A stretch of DNA of 64,000 nucleotides from a bacterium UBP4_UBA6127 (GTDB taxonomy: Bacteria; UBP4; UBA4092). The translations under genes and the position numbers were made by a program. Below the pieces are notes generated by a model. The model was not told where the DNA came from, did not search any database, and saw only the letters and a program-made list of their open reading frames with translations. This document shows positions 39,271-49,677 of the stretch, in pieces (within the stretch, counting starts at the first letter, position 1; the number at the start of each line of letters is the position of its first letter). The stretch covers positions 149,597 through 213,596 of the forward strand of contig DIVR01000065.1 of assembly GCA_002428325.1 (NCBI GenBank). Reading direction: 5' to 3'.

Positions 39271-40701
39271 TTAATATCGAATTTGGATGCCAGCATTGGC
39301 AGTGGCATCCCGGGTAAGATTCTCTCCGCCGACAATACCATACCAATCCACATCGAAATAATGGCCCAGCCTGAACTGGGTTTGAACATCCAGCCGGGGT
39401 TTTTTCTCTGTCAGCCCAACTCCTGTGACACCGATGGTCCAATCTTTATCCTTGATATGGTAATCCAGTCCGGCGGCGGCTTCCGATTCCAAGATACCCA
39501 GCTTAATATCAAAAGGGCCTTCTCTTCGGGCATAAATCAAATCCAGTCCCACATCTTTTCCGATATCGCTGGCGCCAATCAAGTAATATTTACTATCATT
39601 GGGAGAAATTCGAAGATGAATATCATTTCTCATCCGGTCCAGGCTGTCCCGGTATCTCATTTCATATTCAAATTGGGTGTTGGAAAGAATCCTTCCGCTG
39701 GATGAAATGGATAATGCCATATTACGAATGGCGCTGACCGTCTCAGTGGTTTGTCCATACAGGGTTTCATCCGTCATTATCTTGCCGACGGTTCCTTCCC
39801 CTTTTTCCACTTTTCCGGCAATGTTGTCCAGCCGTTTCATGGCGGTTTTAAAATCTTCCGATGCTTCCCGGAAATTAGTCAGAGTTTTTTGGAGTTCAGG
39901 TTTCCCCTGAAGGGCTGTTTCATTAAGCTGTCCGGAAAGCTTATCCAGATTTTCCATGATGGATGTGCTGTGATTTCTCATTTCCAGGCTGACAGCGGAA
40001 AGGTTGGCAATCAGGGCCCGAGTATCTTGCTTATTGTCCTGCAGGATGGTGTTGACCGCCAGGATAGTCTTATTCATATTATCGGAAAGGATTCTCAAAT
40101 TCTGGGCAAAGAGTTCAATATCGCCTCTTCGGCTGGAAATGGTCTCATCAATATTACGGCTGATGGAATCAATCCGGGTAATCACATTTTGCAGGGACAT
40201 CCGGGTCGATTCCTGGGTAAATAGATCCGCAATGACAGACATGGTCCTGGCAAGGTCTGTGGCTACTTGTTTACTGGCCTGAAGGACATCCTGAAGTTCT
40301 GTCGGGCTTTCACCGACAATGGAGTCTCCAGAACCCAGGTAGGGTTGCCCCCTGGTGCCGGCATAAATCTCAACATATTTTTCGCCCATCAATCCCAGGG
40401 TATTGATGAAAGCTTTGGCATCTTTATGCAGTCGGGCTGTCTTATTGAGTTGGATGGTAACGACAATCGGGGGACTCTGTTCGGTATGGATAGAAATACC
40501 TTTGACAGCACCCACCCGTACGCCGTTAAGACGAACCGGGGCGCCTTCCTGCAAACCGCTGACAAAATCAAACTGGATATTCATCTCATAGGTTTGCTTA
40601 AACCATTGGAATTTGCCTACAAAAAGGGTGCCGGTAGCCAATACTAATAAGGCAACCAGGGTAAGAATTCCTACTTTCAGCTCCGGTGTAAATTGTTTCA
40701 T
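39271..40701 (-). CDS. MCE-domain protein (MlaD-like) with about 250-aa coiled coil and beta-barrel-like C-terminal domain
   Basis: N-terminal TM plus MCE domain (PVRLNGVRVGAVKGI). Long helical middle. C-terminal about 130 aa of alternating polarity ending ...AGIQIRY, an OMP beta-signal-like terminus. Confidence 0.7.
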   Translation of the reverse strand: MKQFTPELKVGILTLVALLVLATGTLFVGKFQWFKQTYEMNIQFDFVSGLQEGAPVRLNGVRVGAVKGISIHTEQSPPIVVTIQLNKTARLHKDAKAFINTLGLMGEKYVEIYAGTRGQPYLGSGDSIVGESPTELQDVLQASKQVATDLARTMSVIADLFTQESTRMSLQNVITRIDSISRNIDETISSRRGDIELFAQNLRILSDNMNKTILAVNTILQDNKQDTRALIANLSAVSLEMRNHSTSIMENLDKLSGQLNETALQGKPELQKTLTNFREASEDFKTAMKRLDNIAGKVEKGEGTVGKIMTDETLYGQTTETVSAIRNMALSISSSGRILSNTQFEYEMRYRDSLDRMRNDIHLRISPNDSKYYLIGASDIGKDVGLDLIYARREGPFDIKLGILESEAAAGLDYHIKDKDWTIGVTGVGLTEKKPRLDVQTQFRLGHYFDVDWYGIVGGENLTRDATANAGIQIRY

Positions 40702-40926
40702 TTATACGGACTCCCTTTTTTGAGGCTCCTATTCCCTTTTCCATGGGTAAAAGAATACCTTGTCATGCCATTATAATTTTGATTCCACTTAATTTCAATG
40801 TAAGTTCAAGGTTTTAAAAAATCTTTTCTATTTTTTACCGGATTTCAAGGGGCATTTTTCAGCGATATTCGGCTTCAGAAGAACTCCTAAACTGATTCCA
40901 TTATTACCTACCACCGGTTTCGTAGA

Positions 40927-40958
40927 GGGACCCAGGCTGATGGTTACAGCCTGGGTCT
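40927..40958. repeat. 32-nt palindromic repeat, copy 2 (same orientation)
   Basis: Exact match to 28402..28433. Lies in the 480-nt divergent intergenic region between the MCE gene and rseP. Confidence 0.7.
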
Positions 40959-41183
40959 CTCCAGGGGAGGGAGAGGCAGGAAAAGGAATAGTTCGCAATC
41001 AGGGAAAAACTGTTTATAATGAACTGGGGAACCTGTATTTCCGAATATCGAAGGCAGATTCAGGAGATGGACAGGTTTAATGACGGCATATTTTCCCTTT
41101 CCAAGGTATATGGATAGAGCCAGGAAAGGAACCCGAAGTTTTGTAATATTATGGTAAGGTAGAAACAGAGGAAGGTTTAGGGA

Positions 41184-42503
41184 ATGATTACACTATTAGC
41201 CACATTACTTTTATTAGGTATTGCCATTATATTTCATGAGCTGGGTCATTTTGTAGTAGCGAAGCTCTTGAAAATCAGAGTTGAACGTTTTTCCATTGGG
41301 ATGGCCCCCCGATTATTTGGAGTCAAAATCGGAGAAACCGATTATTGTGTCAGCGCAATTCCCCTGGGGGGATATGTAAAGCTCTCAGGGATGGAGCCTT
41401 CCGAAGATAAACCCAGTGAACCCTGGGAATATAATTCCAAAACCCCTTTTCAGAGAATGTTGGTGGTTGCCGCCGGCCCTTTTATGAATTTTGTGGTTGC
41501 TTATGTATTGATTGTCTTGGCGTTGATGATGGGAATGCCAACCTTTTCACCTGTAATAGACCGGGTTACCTCCGGGAAGCCAGCCGCCGAGGCGGGATTA
41601 TTGGCTGGAGATGTGTTGGTCAGCGTCAATGGAAAGAGTATCACTTCCATGGATGGAGCGGGTTTACTCTTATCCCAGAATGAAGGAAAGACTGTTGAAT
41701 TAGGAGTTACCCGGGATAAAGAACGGATTCTTTTTCAGATGAAGGTTCCCAATAACCTGAAAGATGTTGAAGATTTAGGGTTTGATTTTAAAATTCCTTC
41801 GGTGGTTGGAATCGTCCAACCTAATAAACCTGCCTCTCGGGCAGGGGTCCTGCTAGGGGATGAGATTACTGCGGTGAATGGAGTCCCGACCGAAGGTCGA
41901 TGGCAGACGGTCTCGAAACTGATTCGGGACGGTAAAGGTAAACCCGTGGAATTGACGCTGCGTCGAAAAGGCCAGGAGGTAATAATCAATATTCAACCAG
42001 AATATTCGACGATGGAAAAAGCCTACTTAGTGGGAATAACCCCCCAACCTTTCAGCGCCGGAGGAATCATCCGGTTCTCACCATTGGAATCCATAGGGAG
42101 AGGATTTAATGTCCTTATCGGCCAGGTTGTCATGCTATATGAAGGAATCAAAAGCATGTTTACCGGTGCTATTCCCGTCAAGGAAGCTTTTGGGGGTCCT
42201 CAGACAATTGCCAATATTGCCGGCCAATATATCCGGTTTGGATTATCCTATTACTTTATGTTTACAGGTTCTATTTCCCTGACGATTGGGATTTTAAATC
42301 TTCTCCCTATCCCGGTGCTGGATGGAGGCCATATCCTGTTTTGCGGCATAGAGATGGTTCGAAGACGCGCTGTTTCCCGCAAAACATTGGAAATTACCAC
42401 AAAGATTGGTATGGCGTTGCTGGTAACCCTGATGGTCTATGTCCTCTTAAATGACTTTGTAAATTCAGGCGTATTGGGAAAACTCTTTGGCATTGGGCAT
42501 TAG
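41184..42503 (+). CDS. rseP: RIP metalloprotease RseP (site-2 protease, two PDZ domains)
   Basis: HELGH zinc motif at the N-terminus, two PDZ domains, and LDG motif near the C-terminus. Confidence 0.88.
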   Translation: MITLLATLLLLGIAIIFHELGHFVVAKLLKIRVERFSIGMAPRLFGVKIGETDYCVSAIPLGGYVKLSGMEPSEDKPSEPWEYNSKTPFQRMLVVAAGPFMNFVVAYVLIVLALMMGMPTFSPVIDRVTSGKPAAEAGLLAGDVLVSVNGKSITSMDGAGLLLSQNEGKTVELGVTRDKERILFQMKVPNNLKDVEDLGFDFKIPSVVGIVQPNKPASRAGVLLGDEITAVNGVPTEGRWQTVSKLIRDGKGKPVELTLRRKGQEVIINIQPEYSTMEKAYLVGITPQPFSAGGIIRFSPLESIGRGFNVLIGQVVMLYEGIKSMFTGAIPVKEAFGGPQTIANIAGQYIRFGLSYYFMFTGSISLTIGILNLLPIPVLDGGHILFCGIEMVRRRAVSRKTLEITTKIGMALLVTLMVYVLLNDFVNSGVLGKLFGIGH

Positions 42504-42590
42504 TCGATTTCAAAAAATACCTGTAAAATAGTAGAATATTAGTTTTAATCTATCCTGTTTGATTCATAACAATAAAAGGATTATATAAAT

Positions 42591-44321
42591 ATGCGTGTAT
42601 CCAAAGCATTTATTCCGACCTTAAAAGAAGTGCCGGCAGAAGCTGAAATTGCTTCCCATAAGCTGATGTTGCGAGCCGGCTTAATAAGAAAACTGGCTTC
42701 AGGGCTTTATACCTATTTACCGGTGGGATGGAGATTTATCCGAAAAATAGAAGCCATTGTCCGGGAAGAAATGGATCGGGCCGGGGCCCTGGAACTGGTT
42801 ATGCCCCAGCTGCAGCCTATTGAGTTATGGGAACAGTCCGGCCGGGCGAAAATCATGGGCCGGGAAATGATGCGGTTAAATGACCGTAATGAGCGCCCTT
42901 TTGTGTTAGGACCTACCCATGAGGAAATCATTACCAATTTGGCGGCCAATGAAATCCGCTCTTATAAACAACTGCCTAAAAATTATTATCAAATTGCCAC
43001 GAAATTCCGGGATGAGATCCGGCCTCGGTTTGGGGTCATGAGAGCCCGTGAATTTATAATGAAAGATGCTTACAGTTTTGATGCGACGGATGCCGGAGCT
43101 AATTTATCTTATAAAGCGATGTATGAAGCTTATACCCGGATTTTCCACCGATGTGGATTGGATGCTGTTCCTGTGGAGGCCGATACCGGCGCCATGGGCG
43201 GTTCCTCATCCCATGAATTTATGGTCCCTGCCAGTGTAGGGGAAGACCAAATGGTCAGGTGTTCCGATTGCGGGTATTCTGCCAATTTGGAAAAGGCTGA
43301 ATGTGTAGCTGAAAATCCCTCTGAGTTAACAGGGGACAGGACTGCATTACAGCCTCGGGAAGTACTGACTCCCGGACAGAAGACGATTGAACAGGTGGCT
43401 GCTTTCCTGAAAGTTCAACCTTGTGACCTTATCAAAACCCTTATTTATGAGGCAGATGGCAAGGCAACGGCTGTGCTGATTCGCGGCGACCATGAAGTCA
43501 ATGAAGTGAAATTGAAAAATATTCTTGGTTGTGAAGAATTGTCACTGGCTAATGCCGAGGTCATTGAATCCGTTACCGGGGGACCTCTTGGTTTCTCGGG
43601 TCCGGTGGGGCTGAAAAATGTTCCCTTGGTGGCAGATATTTCTGTGATGTCCATGAAAGTAGGCGCGACCGGCGCGAATAAGGCCGATACTCATTTGATG
43701 GATGTCCAGCCCGGTAAGGATTTTACTCCGTTAAAAACCGCTGACCTTCGAGTGGCGAAGGACCAGGATATCTGTCCTCGTTGCGGCAAAAAAGTGACCC
43801 TTTCCTGGGGAATTGAAGTTGGCCATTGCTTTAAACTGGGGACCAAATACAGTCAGGCATTTAATGCCACCTATCTGGATGAAAATGGCAAAGAACAGAT
43901 CATGATAATGGGATGTTATGGTATCGGGGTCACCCGGACCGCCGCCTCTGTCATTGAAGTCCATAATGATAAGGATGGTATCATCTTCCCTTATTCAGTG
44001 GCTCCCTACCATATTGCCCTGCTGAATTTGAATCCTTCTGTCACCCCCATGACAGAGTATTGCGAAAAGCTATATAATGAGTTTCAGGCATTAGGATACG
44101 AAGTTCTTTATGATGACCGGGATGAACGGCCGGGATTCAAGTTTAAAGATGCGGATCTCCTGGGACTGCCGATTCGAGTCACAGTGGGTGAGAGGAATTT
44201 CAATCAGGAGATGGTGGAAGTGGTTCGCCGGTCAAATAAAGAATCAGTCCTTGTCAGTCAGGGAGAACTGATTGCGACTCTCTCGAAAATCAAAGAGGAT
44301 TTATTAAAAGAACTTTGCTAG
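42591..44321 (+). CDS. proS: proline--tRNA ligase (bacterial type with INS editing domain)
   Basis: Class II aaRS motifs. 576 aa with an insertion domain. N-terminus MRVSKAFIPTLKE typical of ProRS. Confidence 0.92.
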   Translation: MRVSKAFIPTLKEVPAEAEIASHKLMLRAGLIRKLASGLYTYLPVGWRFIRKIEAIVREEMDRAGALELVMPQLQPIELWEQSGRAKIMGREMMRLNDRNERPFVLGPTHEEIITNLAANEIRSYKQLPKNYYQIATKFRDEIRPRFGVMRAREFIMKDAYSFDATDAGANLSYKAMYEAYTRIFHRCGLDAVPVEADTGAMGGSSSHEFMVPASVGEDQMVRCSDCGYSANLEKAECVAENPSELTGDRTALQPREVLTPGQKTIEQVAAFLKVQPCDLIKTLIYEADGKATAVLIRGDHEVNEVKLKNILGCEELSLANAEVIESVTGGPLGFSGPVGLKNVPLVADISVMSMKVGATGANKADTHLMDVQPGKDFTPLKTADLRVAKDQDICPRCGKKVTLSWGIEVGHCFKLGTKYSQAFNATYLDENGKEQIMIMGCYGIGVTRTAASVIEVHNDKDGIIFPYSVAPYHIALLNLNPSVTPMTEYCEKLYNEFQALGYEVLYDDRDERPGFKFKDADLLGLPIRVTVGERNFNQEMVEVVRRSNKESVLVSQGELIATLSKIKEDLLKELC

Positions 44322-44334
44322 AATAGGATTTCCT

Positions 44335-44733
44335 ATGGCAGACGATAAAATGAATGAAGGTTATATTCTGATTGCTGACGACCAGCCTGATATTGGGTTT
44401 GCCTTGAAGGTGCTGTTTGAAACCAGCGGCTACAGGGTCAAGGTCGTAGAAAACGGCAAATTGGCAATGGATGAGGTCAAAAAAGAGAATCCCATATTGG
44501 TGATTTCTGATATCCTGATGCCTCAGATGAATGGTTTTAAATTATGTGAATTAATCAAGCAAAACGCTAAGACCTCCACGATTCCGGTGATTTTGCTGAC
44601 GGCAGTCTATCGCAAAGACCATCATGTGGATATGGGATTCAGCCATGGCGCGGATGCCTATTTTTCCAAGCCTTTTAAACCTGAGCAGATATTGCAAGTT
44701 GCTAAAAAATTAATGTCAGGCCGAGGGGCATAA
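44335..44733 (+). CDS. standalone response-regulator receiver (CheY-like)
   Basis: Acidic pocket (ADDQPD...D...K) in a 132-aa single-domain protein. Confidence 0.8.
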   Translation: MADDKMNEGYILIADDQPDIGFALKVLFETSGYRVKVVENGKLAMDEVKKENPILVISDILMPQMNGFKLCELIKQNAKTSTIPVILLTAVYRKDHHVDMGFSHGADAYFSKPFKPEQILQVAKKLMSGRGA

Positions 44734-44771
44734 CTCCTCGACCTGATAGATTTATTTTCTCATCTACTATT

Positions 44772-45482
44772 TTATTTTCCAGCTTCCCTGACGAAGGCCC
44801 TAAACAGTAAAGAATGACCCTCATGTTCCTGAAGTTCTTCGGGATGCCATTGAATCCCCAGAATAAATCGGTTGTCATCAGCTTCAACAGATTCAATGAC
44901 TCCATCCTCAGCTTTTGCTGAAATCACCAATCCTTTTCCCGGTTGACGAACTGCCTGATGGTGGAAGCTGTTGGTTTGGATTTCATCTTTCCCAAGGATT
45001 TGATACAGCCTGGAGGGTTTATCAATAAAGACTTTATGGGTCAGGGTGTTTCGAGTTTCTTTCTGGCTGTGGATTATGGTGGATTCCACCTGGGATGGAA
45101 TATCCTGGATAAGTCTCCCTCCCAGGCCCACATTGATAGTCTGGCAGCCCAGGCAGATACCCAGAACGGGAATCTTTTTTTGTAAGGCTTCCCTGAAATA
45201 GTTCAATTCATAATCCTGCCTGATTTCATGCATTACCTGGGTCTTTTCATGTTTTTCTTCCTGATAAATAGAAGGATTATGGTCATTTCCCCCAGTCAAT
45301 AGAAGCCCGTCAATCAGGGAAACTGCTTCTCTGTAATCCTCCGGTTGTGTTTGTTGGGTAAGAATGAGAGGAATCCCCCCTGCTTGCAAAATTGCTCTTG
45401 AATAAGCATTGTTCAGGTAATACCGGTCCCGGTTATCTTTAGTCTCAAAATCAGGGGTAATTCCAATAATTGGTTTTTTCAT
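44772..45482 (-). CDS. class I glutamine amidotransferase, gamma-glutamyl-GABA hydrolase (PuuD/peptidase C26)-like
   Basis: GICLGCQ catalytic Cys and C-terminal His/Glu. 236 aa. Confidence 0.75.
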   Translation of the reverse strand: MKKPIIGITPDFETKDNRDRYYLNNAYSRAILQAGGIPLILTQQTQPEDYREAVSLIDGLLLTGGNDHNPSIYQEEKHEKTQVMHEIRQDYELNYFREALQKKIPVLGICLGCQTINVGLGGRLIQDIPSQVESTIIHSQKETRNTLTHKVFIDKPSRLYQILGKDEIQTNSFHHQAVRQPGKGLVISAKAEDGVIESVEADDNRFILGIQWHPEELQEHEGHSLLFRAFVREAGK

Positions 45483-47398
45483 GTGACGCTCCTGGCAATC
45501 TTATGCTATTGATAATAGGGAAATCTTATCTTAAAACAGGAACTGAGAACAATCTGATTATGGGAACTGAAGAAACATCAAAGCCTACGGGTACAAATCT
45601 AGTGGAAACTATTTTTCATAAGAATTGGCTGAAAGCGGGGTTGATGATTCTGCTAACCCTGTTGGCATTCAGTTCCATATTTCAGGCGGGTTATTTATGG
45701 GATGATGAAATTATCAGCCTCAATTCAAACCTATTTCAAAGCGGAGCGGGTTTATTGAAGATATGGACTCAACCCGGGACTATTATTGGGGATGAGCATT
45801 TCTGGCCCATGGAATATACCACTTTCTGGCTGGAAGCCCACATTTGGGGACTTCATCCCATTACCCTGCATAGTGTCAATCTTTTGATCCATCTACTCAA
45901 TGCTATCCTGGTCTGGCAGGTCCTTAAAAAACTGGAAATTCCGGGAAGCTGGATTGCCGGATTGATATTTGCTTTACATCCGGTTCAAGTAGAATCGGTA
46001 GCCTGGATCTTTGAAAGAAAAGGTTTGTTATCAACTTTCTTTTATCTTATGGCTGGCTGGTGTTATCTGGAATATTCTCACAACCGGAGGAAAAGTGTTC
46101 TTTTAGTATCAATGATTTGCCTGGGATTTTCATTGCTAAGTAAAAGTATTGGAGTAACCTTCCCTTTAGCATTGATACTTATTATGGGATGGAAGAAAGG
46201 GAAAATATTTAAATCAGATTGGATAGAAATGATACCTTTCTTTCTGGTAACCGGATTGATTGTGGGGGGAGATTATTGGATTCATGCAAGAGTCAATCCT
46301 GCTAACTTAGGATGGGGGCTTGGGGAAAGAATAGCCCATGCTTTTTATGGTCTCAGCCTATATTTTGAGACTTTCTTCATTCCCCTGAAGCTTATGGGAT
46401 TTTATCCTTCTTTGGCTCATTCAACCAGCCATTGGCCCATTGCCGGAACCTTGATTTTGATGGCTCTGGGCGGAGGGGGATTATATTACTGGATCGTTAA
46501 GCAAAAGAGGGGAATCCTGACCGGATTCCTTTTTTATTGCCTGACTCTCTTACCGGTTCTGGGCTTCATGGAATTTTCCTTTTTAAGATTATCCCCGGTT
46601 GCTGACCGATATCAGTATCTGGCTTGTCTGGGGCTGGTTGTCCTGGTCTCTGCTGGATTGGGACAGGTGACAGATTACCTGGAAAACCATCAGAAAGAGT
46701 TAAAAACTATTGGGATGATGCTTACAGCGGGATATATCCTTACCCTGGGAAGTATGACCCTGGTACATGCGGAAAATTATAAAGATAATGAACACTTCTT
46801 TGGATATTGTGTGAAAGAGAATCCTCAGTCCTGGTATGCACGTTCCATGCTGGGAAAGAGTTTGATGGAAAAGGGTGAAGTGAAAGAAGCTGAATACCAA
46901 TTCACGAAAGCCCTGGAAATTTGGCCGGAATGTCCTGATGCCCGGATATTTCTGGCTTCTCTAAAACAAAAGCAGACTCAATATACCGAGGCGCTTCAAT
47001 TATATCGTTCTGTTAAAACCGGGAATCCCCGGATGCTCTATTTTGCCCAAGTCCAGTCAGGTTGGATTTTAATGGCCCTCAATCGTCCTCAGGAAGCGAT
47101 AGATACCCTCCGTAAAGCGAGTGTGTATTTTCCGAATAATCCCGATGCTTATATCCAAATGGGGATGGTATATGACCGGTTGAACCAATTTGATAAGGCT
47201 AATCAGGCTTATCAAAAGGCCCTTGAACTCGATTGGAACCTTGCCCTGGCTCATAACAACCTGGGAGTAAATCTGGCTCAATCAGGCAAATTGAGAGAAG
47301 CAGATAAACATTTTGATGAAGCTCTTAGGATCAATCCTCAATATGAGTCAGCCCGGAGAAATTCGACATCTGTCAAAAGAGCTCTGAAAGAACTTTAA
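45470..47398 (+). CDS. GT-C fold membrane glycosyltransferase-like protein (PMT/TMTC-like, DUF1736-type) with C-terminal TPR domain
   Basis: About 10 TM N-terminal region with YLWDDE in the first loop. C-terminal TPRs (about residues 480-640). The likely start is the Met at 45560 (MGTEET). Confidence 0.65.
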   Translation: MVFSCDAPGNLMLLIIGKSYLKTGTENNLIMGTEETSKPTGTNLVETIFHKNWLKAGLMILLTLLAFSSIFQAGYLWDDEIISLNSNLFQSGAGLLKIWTQPGTIIGDEHFWPMEYTTFWLEAHIWGLHPITLHSVNLLIHLLNAILVWQVLKKLEIPGSWIAGLIFALHPVQVESVAWIFERKGLLSTFFYLMAGWCYLEYSHNRRKSVLLVSMICLGFSLLSKSIGVTFPLALILIMGWKKGKIFKSDWIEMIPFFLVTGLIVGGDYWIHARVNPANLGWGLGERIAHAFYGLSLYFETFFIPLKLMGFYPSLAHSTSHWPIAGTLILMALGGGGLYYWIVKQKRGILTGFLFYCLTLLPVLGFMEFSFLRLSPVADRYQYLACLGLVVLVSAGLGQVTDYLENHQKELKTIGMMLTAGYILTLGSMTLVHAENYKDNEHFFGYCVKENPQSWYARSMLGKSLMEKGEVKEAEYQFTKALEIWPECPDARIFLASLKQKQTQYTEALQLYRSVKTGNPRMLYFAQVQSGWILMALNRPQEAIDTLRKASVYFPNNPDAYIQMGMVYDRLNQFDKANQAYQKALELDWNLALAHNNLGVNLAQSGKLREADKHFDEALRINPQYESARRNSTSVKRALKEL

Positions 47399-47586
47399 AT
47401 AGAATAACCTAACTCTTATTATATTAGTCATATATATCATTTTATCAGAAGCCCTTTTTGCTATCTCAGAAAGGTTGTTACCGGTAGTTTTGACTCAAGG
47501 TCTAATCTGTTATACTGATTAACAATATAGATAACCTGTTCCTGGCGAACAGGGGTATTAATCCTCTCTAAGAGGCTATTATTATT

Positions 47587-49668
47587 ATGAATGAACCGAT
47601 TAACAGCAAAAACAATCTAAACATCTCTGCCGTTATCTTTTTTGTAATGACCCTGTTGATTTCAGGAGGAGTTTATCTTTACACCCTGGCTCCAACTGTT
47701 ACCTTTGGGGATAGTGGGGACTTTATTACAGCCGCTTATGCCTTGAGGTTTGCTCATCCGCCAGGGTATCCTGTATTTATTATCTTAGGCAAATTATTTT
47801 CTCTTCTGCCCATATCCGGTGAGATTGCTTACCGAATCAATTTTATGTCAGCTTTTTTTTCAACTCTATCAGTTGGGATGGTCTATATCCTTGTCCTCTT
47901 TTTGGTCAGTGGTGGGAAGTCTATATTCAAGAAACAAAATAACGGCCCGTTATCGGAAAACCAGGAAATATTAAATCCGGGGATTCATGCTTGTGCTATG
48001 TTGGGAGCCTTAAGCTTTGCTTTCTCAGGTACTTTCTGGTCCCAGGCCCTGGTGGCTAAAGTTCATCCATTGGCAGCCTTTTTAACCGCTGTAGTATTTC
48101 TGCTTATTTTGAAATATGGGTGGACAGGAGAACGAAAATTCTGGTTTGCTTCTGTATTTATTTGGGGATTCAGCCTGGGGACCCACTTTACACCTGTTTT
48201 GTATATCCTCCCGGTGCTTCTTTTCTTATGGTATGAAAAAAAGTTAAAAGATATATTGAGTGGAAGTTCTTTGATATATGGAGTATCGTTGGCTTTATTG
48301 GGTTTTTCAGTAAATCTTATGATTCCTTTGGTGAGTCCTCATTTAATTGAAGTGGAATGGGGCTTAGGAGATAGTTGGCAGGGATTTAAACATATCCTAT
48401 TGCGGGGGGATTATGCTCCATATGAGTGGGCACGTCCTTTTTCAGCTTTAGCTGAACAGATATCCACAGCGGCCGGGACCCTGATCACAGGACAATCCAC
48501 CTCTCTCTTGGGTTTGTTATATGGATTAATCATTACTTGTATGGGCTTGCTGGGGATTCTCTGGCTGATAAAGAACCGTCGAGGTGAATTGGCTCTTCTG
48601 GCCGGAGCCGCTTTCATGGTCTGGGGATTTTATATTGCCAACAGTAATCATCCGATGACCCGGCAACTTTCCCTGGAAACAAGAGATATCTTCTTTATTC
48701 CGGCCTATATGATTTTTGGTATTTGGGTTGGACTGGGGCTTGTGGGAATATATCAAAAAAAGTTCCTGGAGGGAGAAAGTCCAACCGGCAATAATAAAAC
48801 CGGAGTGATCATCTGGATGATTGTGATTATCTTTCTTTCTTGCCTTGGTTTCAGTATCCAAATCCAAAGGCATAATGAGAGGGAATATTTCCTGGCTAAA
48901 GATTACGCCCGATGCCTTATGGATACCATGGAAAAAGATGCTATCTATATTGGGGACGATGATATGCACTTGTTCCCTTTATGGTATCTGCAGCAAGTTG
49001 AAGGGTATCGAACGGATATTTTGATATTTTCCAGGACTTCTTTCTATAAGCAATGGTATTATGACAACCTTAAAAAAAGAAACCTTCCTCAATTTCAGCT
49101 GCCGGCTTTTTCAGAAGGTATGGTTCCCAAAGATATCTTGAAAGCCCAGGCTTTCCTGGATAAACAATTATTTGCTCTGTTTACCCTGAATCTGGCCGAA
49201 CGCCCCTGTTATTTCTATCAGAAATATCCACTGAAGATAACTCCACCCTTACCTGTTAGCCAGGTTGGATTATTATATCGAGTTACTCAGAATCCCCTGA
49301 AGGGAAGCATTCAAGCAGAGCCTTACCCCTATCTGCCTCCTGCCAATTCATATCAATACCAGTTGGGACTTCAACCCTTAGGTGAAAGAGATTTCTGGAG
49401 AAACTGGGCCATTGAACGGTTGTCAGATTACCATGATCTGGAAGGGCAATATTGGATGGGCCAAATGAACCTTATCCGGGCTGAAGCAGAACTCCTGCAA
49501 GCAGTTGATCTGAATCCTTTTAATGCCAGGGGACATTTCGATCTGGGTGAGTATTATCTTACTCAGGGAGAATTTGAAAAAGCCAGAGATTCTTATGCCA
49601 GAGCTTTATACATTAATCCCGATATGGAGAAAGCTCGGGTCGCCATAGATAAACTTAAGATTAGATAA
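47587..49668 (+). CDS. DUF2723/TMEM260-like GT-C membrane protein with C-terminal TPR domain
   Basis: Hallmark APTVTFGDSGDFITAA...HPPGYP N-terminal motifs of DUF2723. Polytopic. C-terminal TPRs (AELLQAVDLNP..., ARALYINPD). Confidence 0.7.
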   Translation: MNEPINSKNNLNISAVIFFVMTLLISGGVYLYTLAPTVTFGDSGDFITAAYALRFAHPPGYPVFIILGKLFSLLPISGEIAYRINFMSAFFSTLSVGMVYILVLFLVSGGKSIFKKQNNGPLSENQEILNPGIHACAMLGALSFAFSGTFWSQALVAKVHPLAAFLTAVVFLLILKYGWTGERKFWFASVFIWGFSLGTHFTPVLYILPVLLFLWYEKKLKDILSGSSLIYGVSLALLGFSVNLMIPLVSPHLIEVEWGLGDSWQGFKHILLRGDYAPYEWARPFSALAEQISTAAGTLITGQSTSLLGLLYGLIITCMGLLGILWLIKNRRGELALLAGAAFMVWGFYIANSNHPMTRQLSLETRDIFFIPAYMIFGIWVGLGLVGIYQKKFLEGESPTGNNKTGVIIWMIVIIFLSCLGFSIQIQRHNEREYFLAKDYARCLMDTMEKDAIYIGDDDMHLFPLWYLQQVEGYRTDILIFSRTSFYKQWYYDNLKKRNLPQFQLPAFSEGMVPKDILKAQAFLDKQLFALFTLNLAERPCYFYQKYPLKITPPLPVSQVGLLYRVTQNPLKGSIQAEPYPYLPPANSYQYQLGLQPLGERDFWRNWAIERLSDYHDLEGQYWMGQMNLIRAEAELLQAVDLNPFNARGHFDLGEYYLTQGEFEKARDSYARALYINPDMEKARVAIDKLKIR

Positions 49669-49677
49669 GTTTATTAT

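Noticed and set aside
39238-39442. 68-codon N-terminal extension of RadA in the track ORF.
   Set aside because: RadA proteins begin at the C4 zinc finger (MSKPTTRFVCQECGG). The upstream extension is Cys/Trp-rich junk overlapping the MCE gene end.
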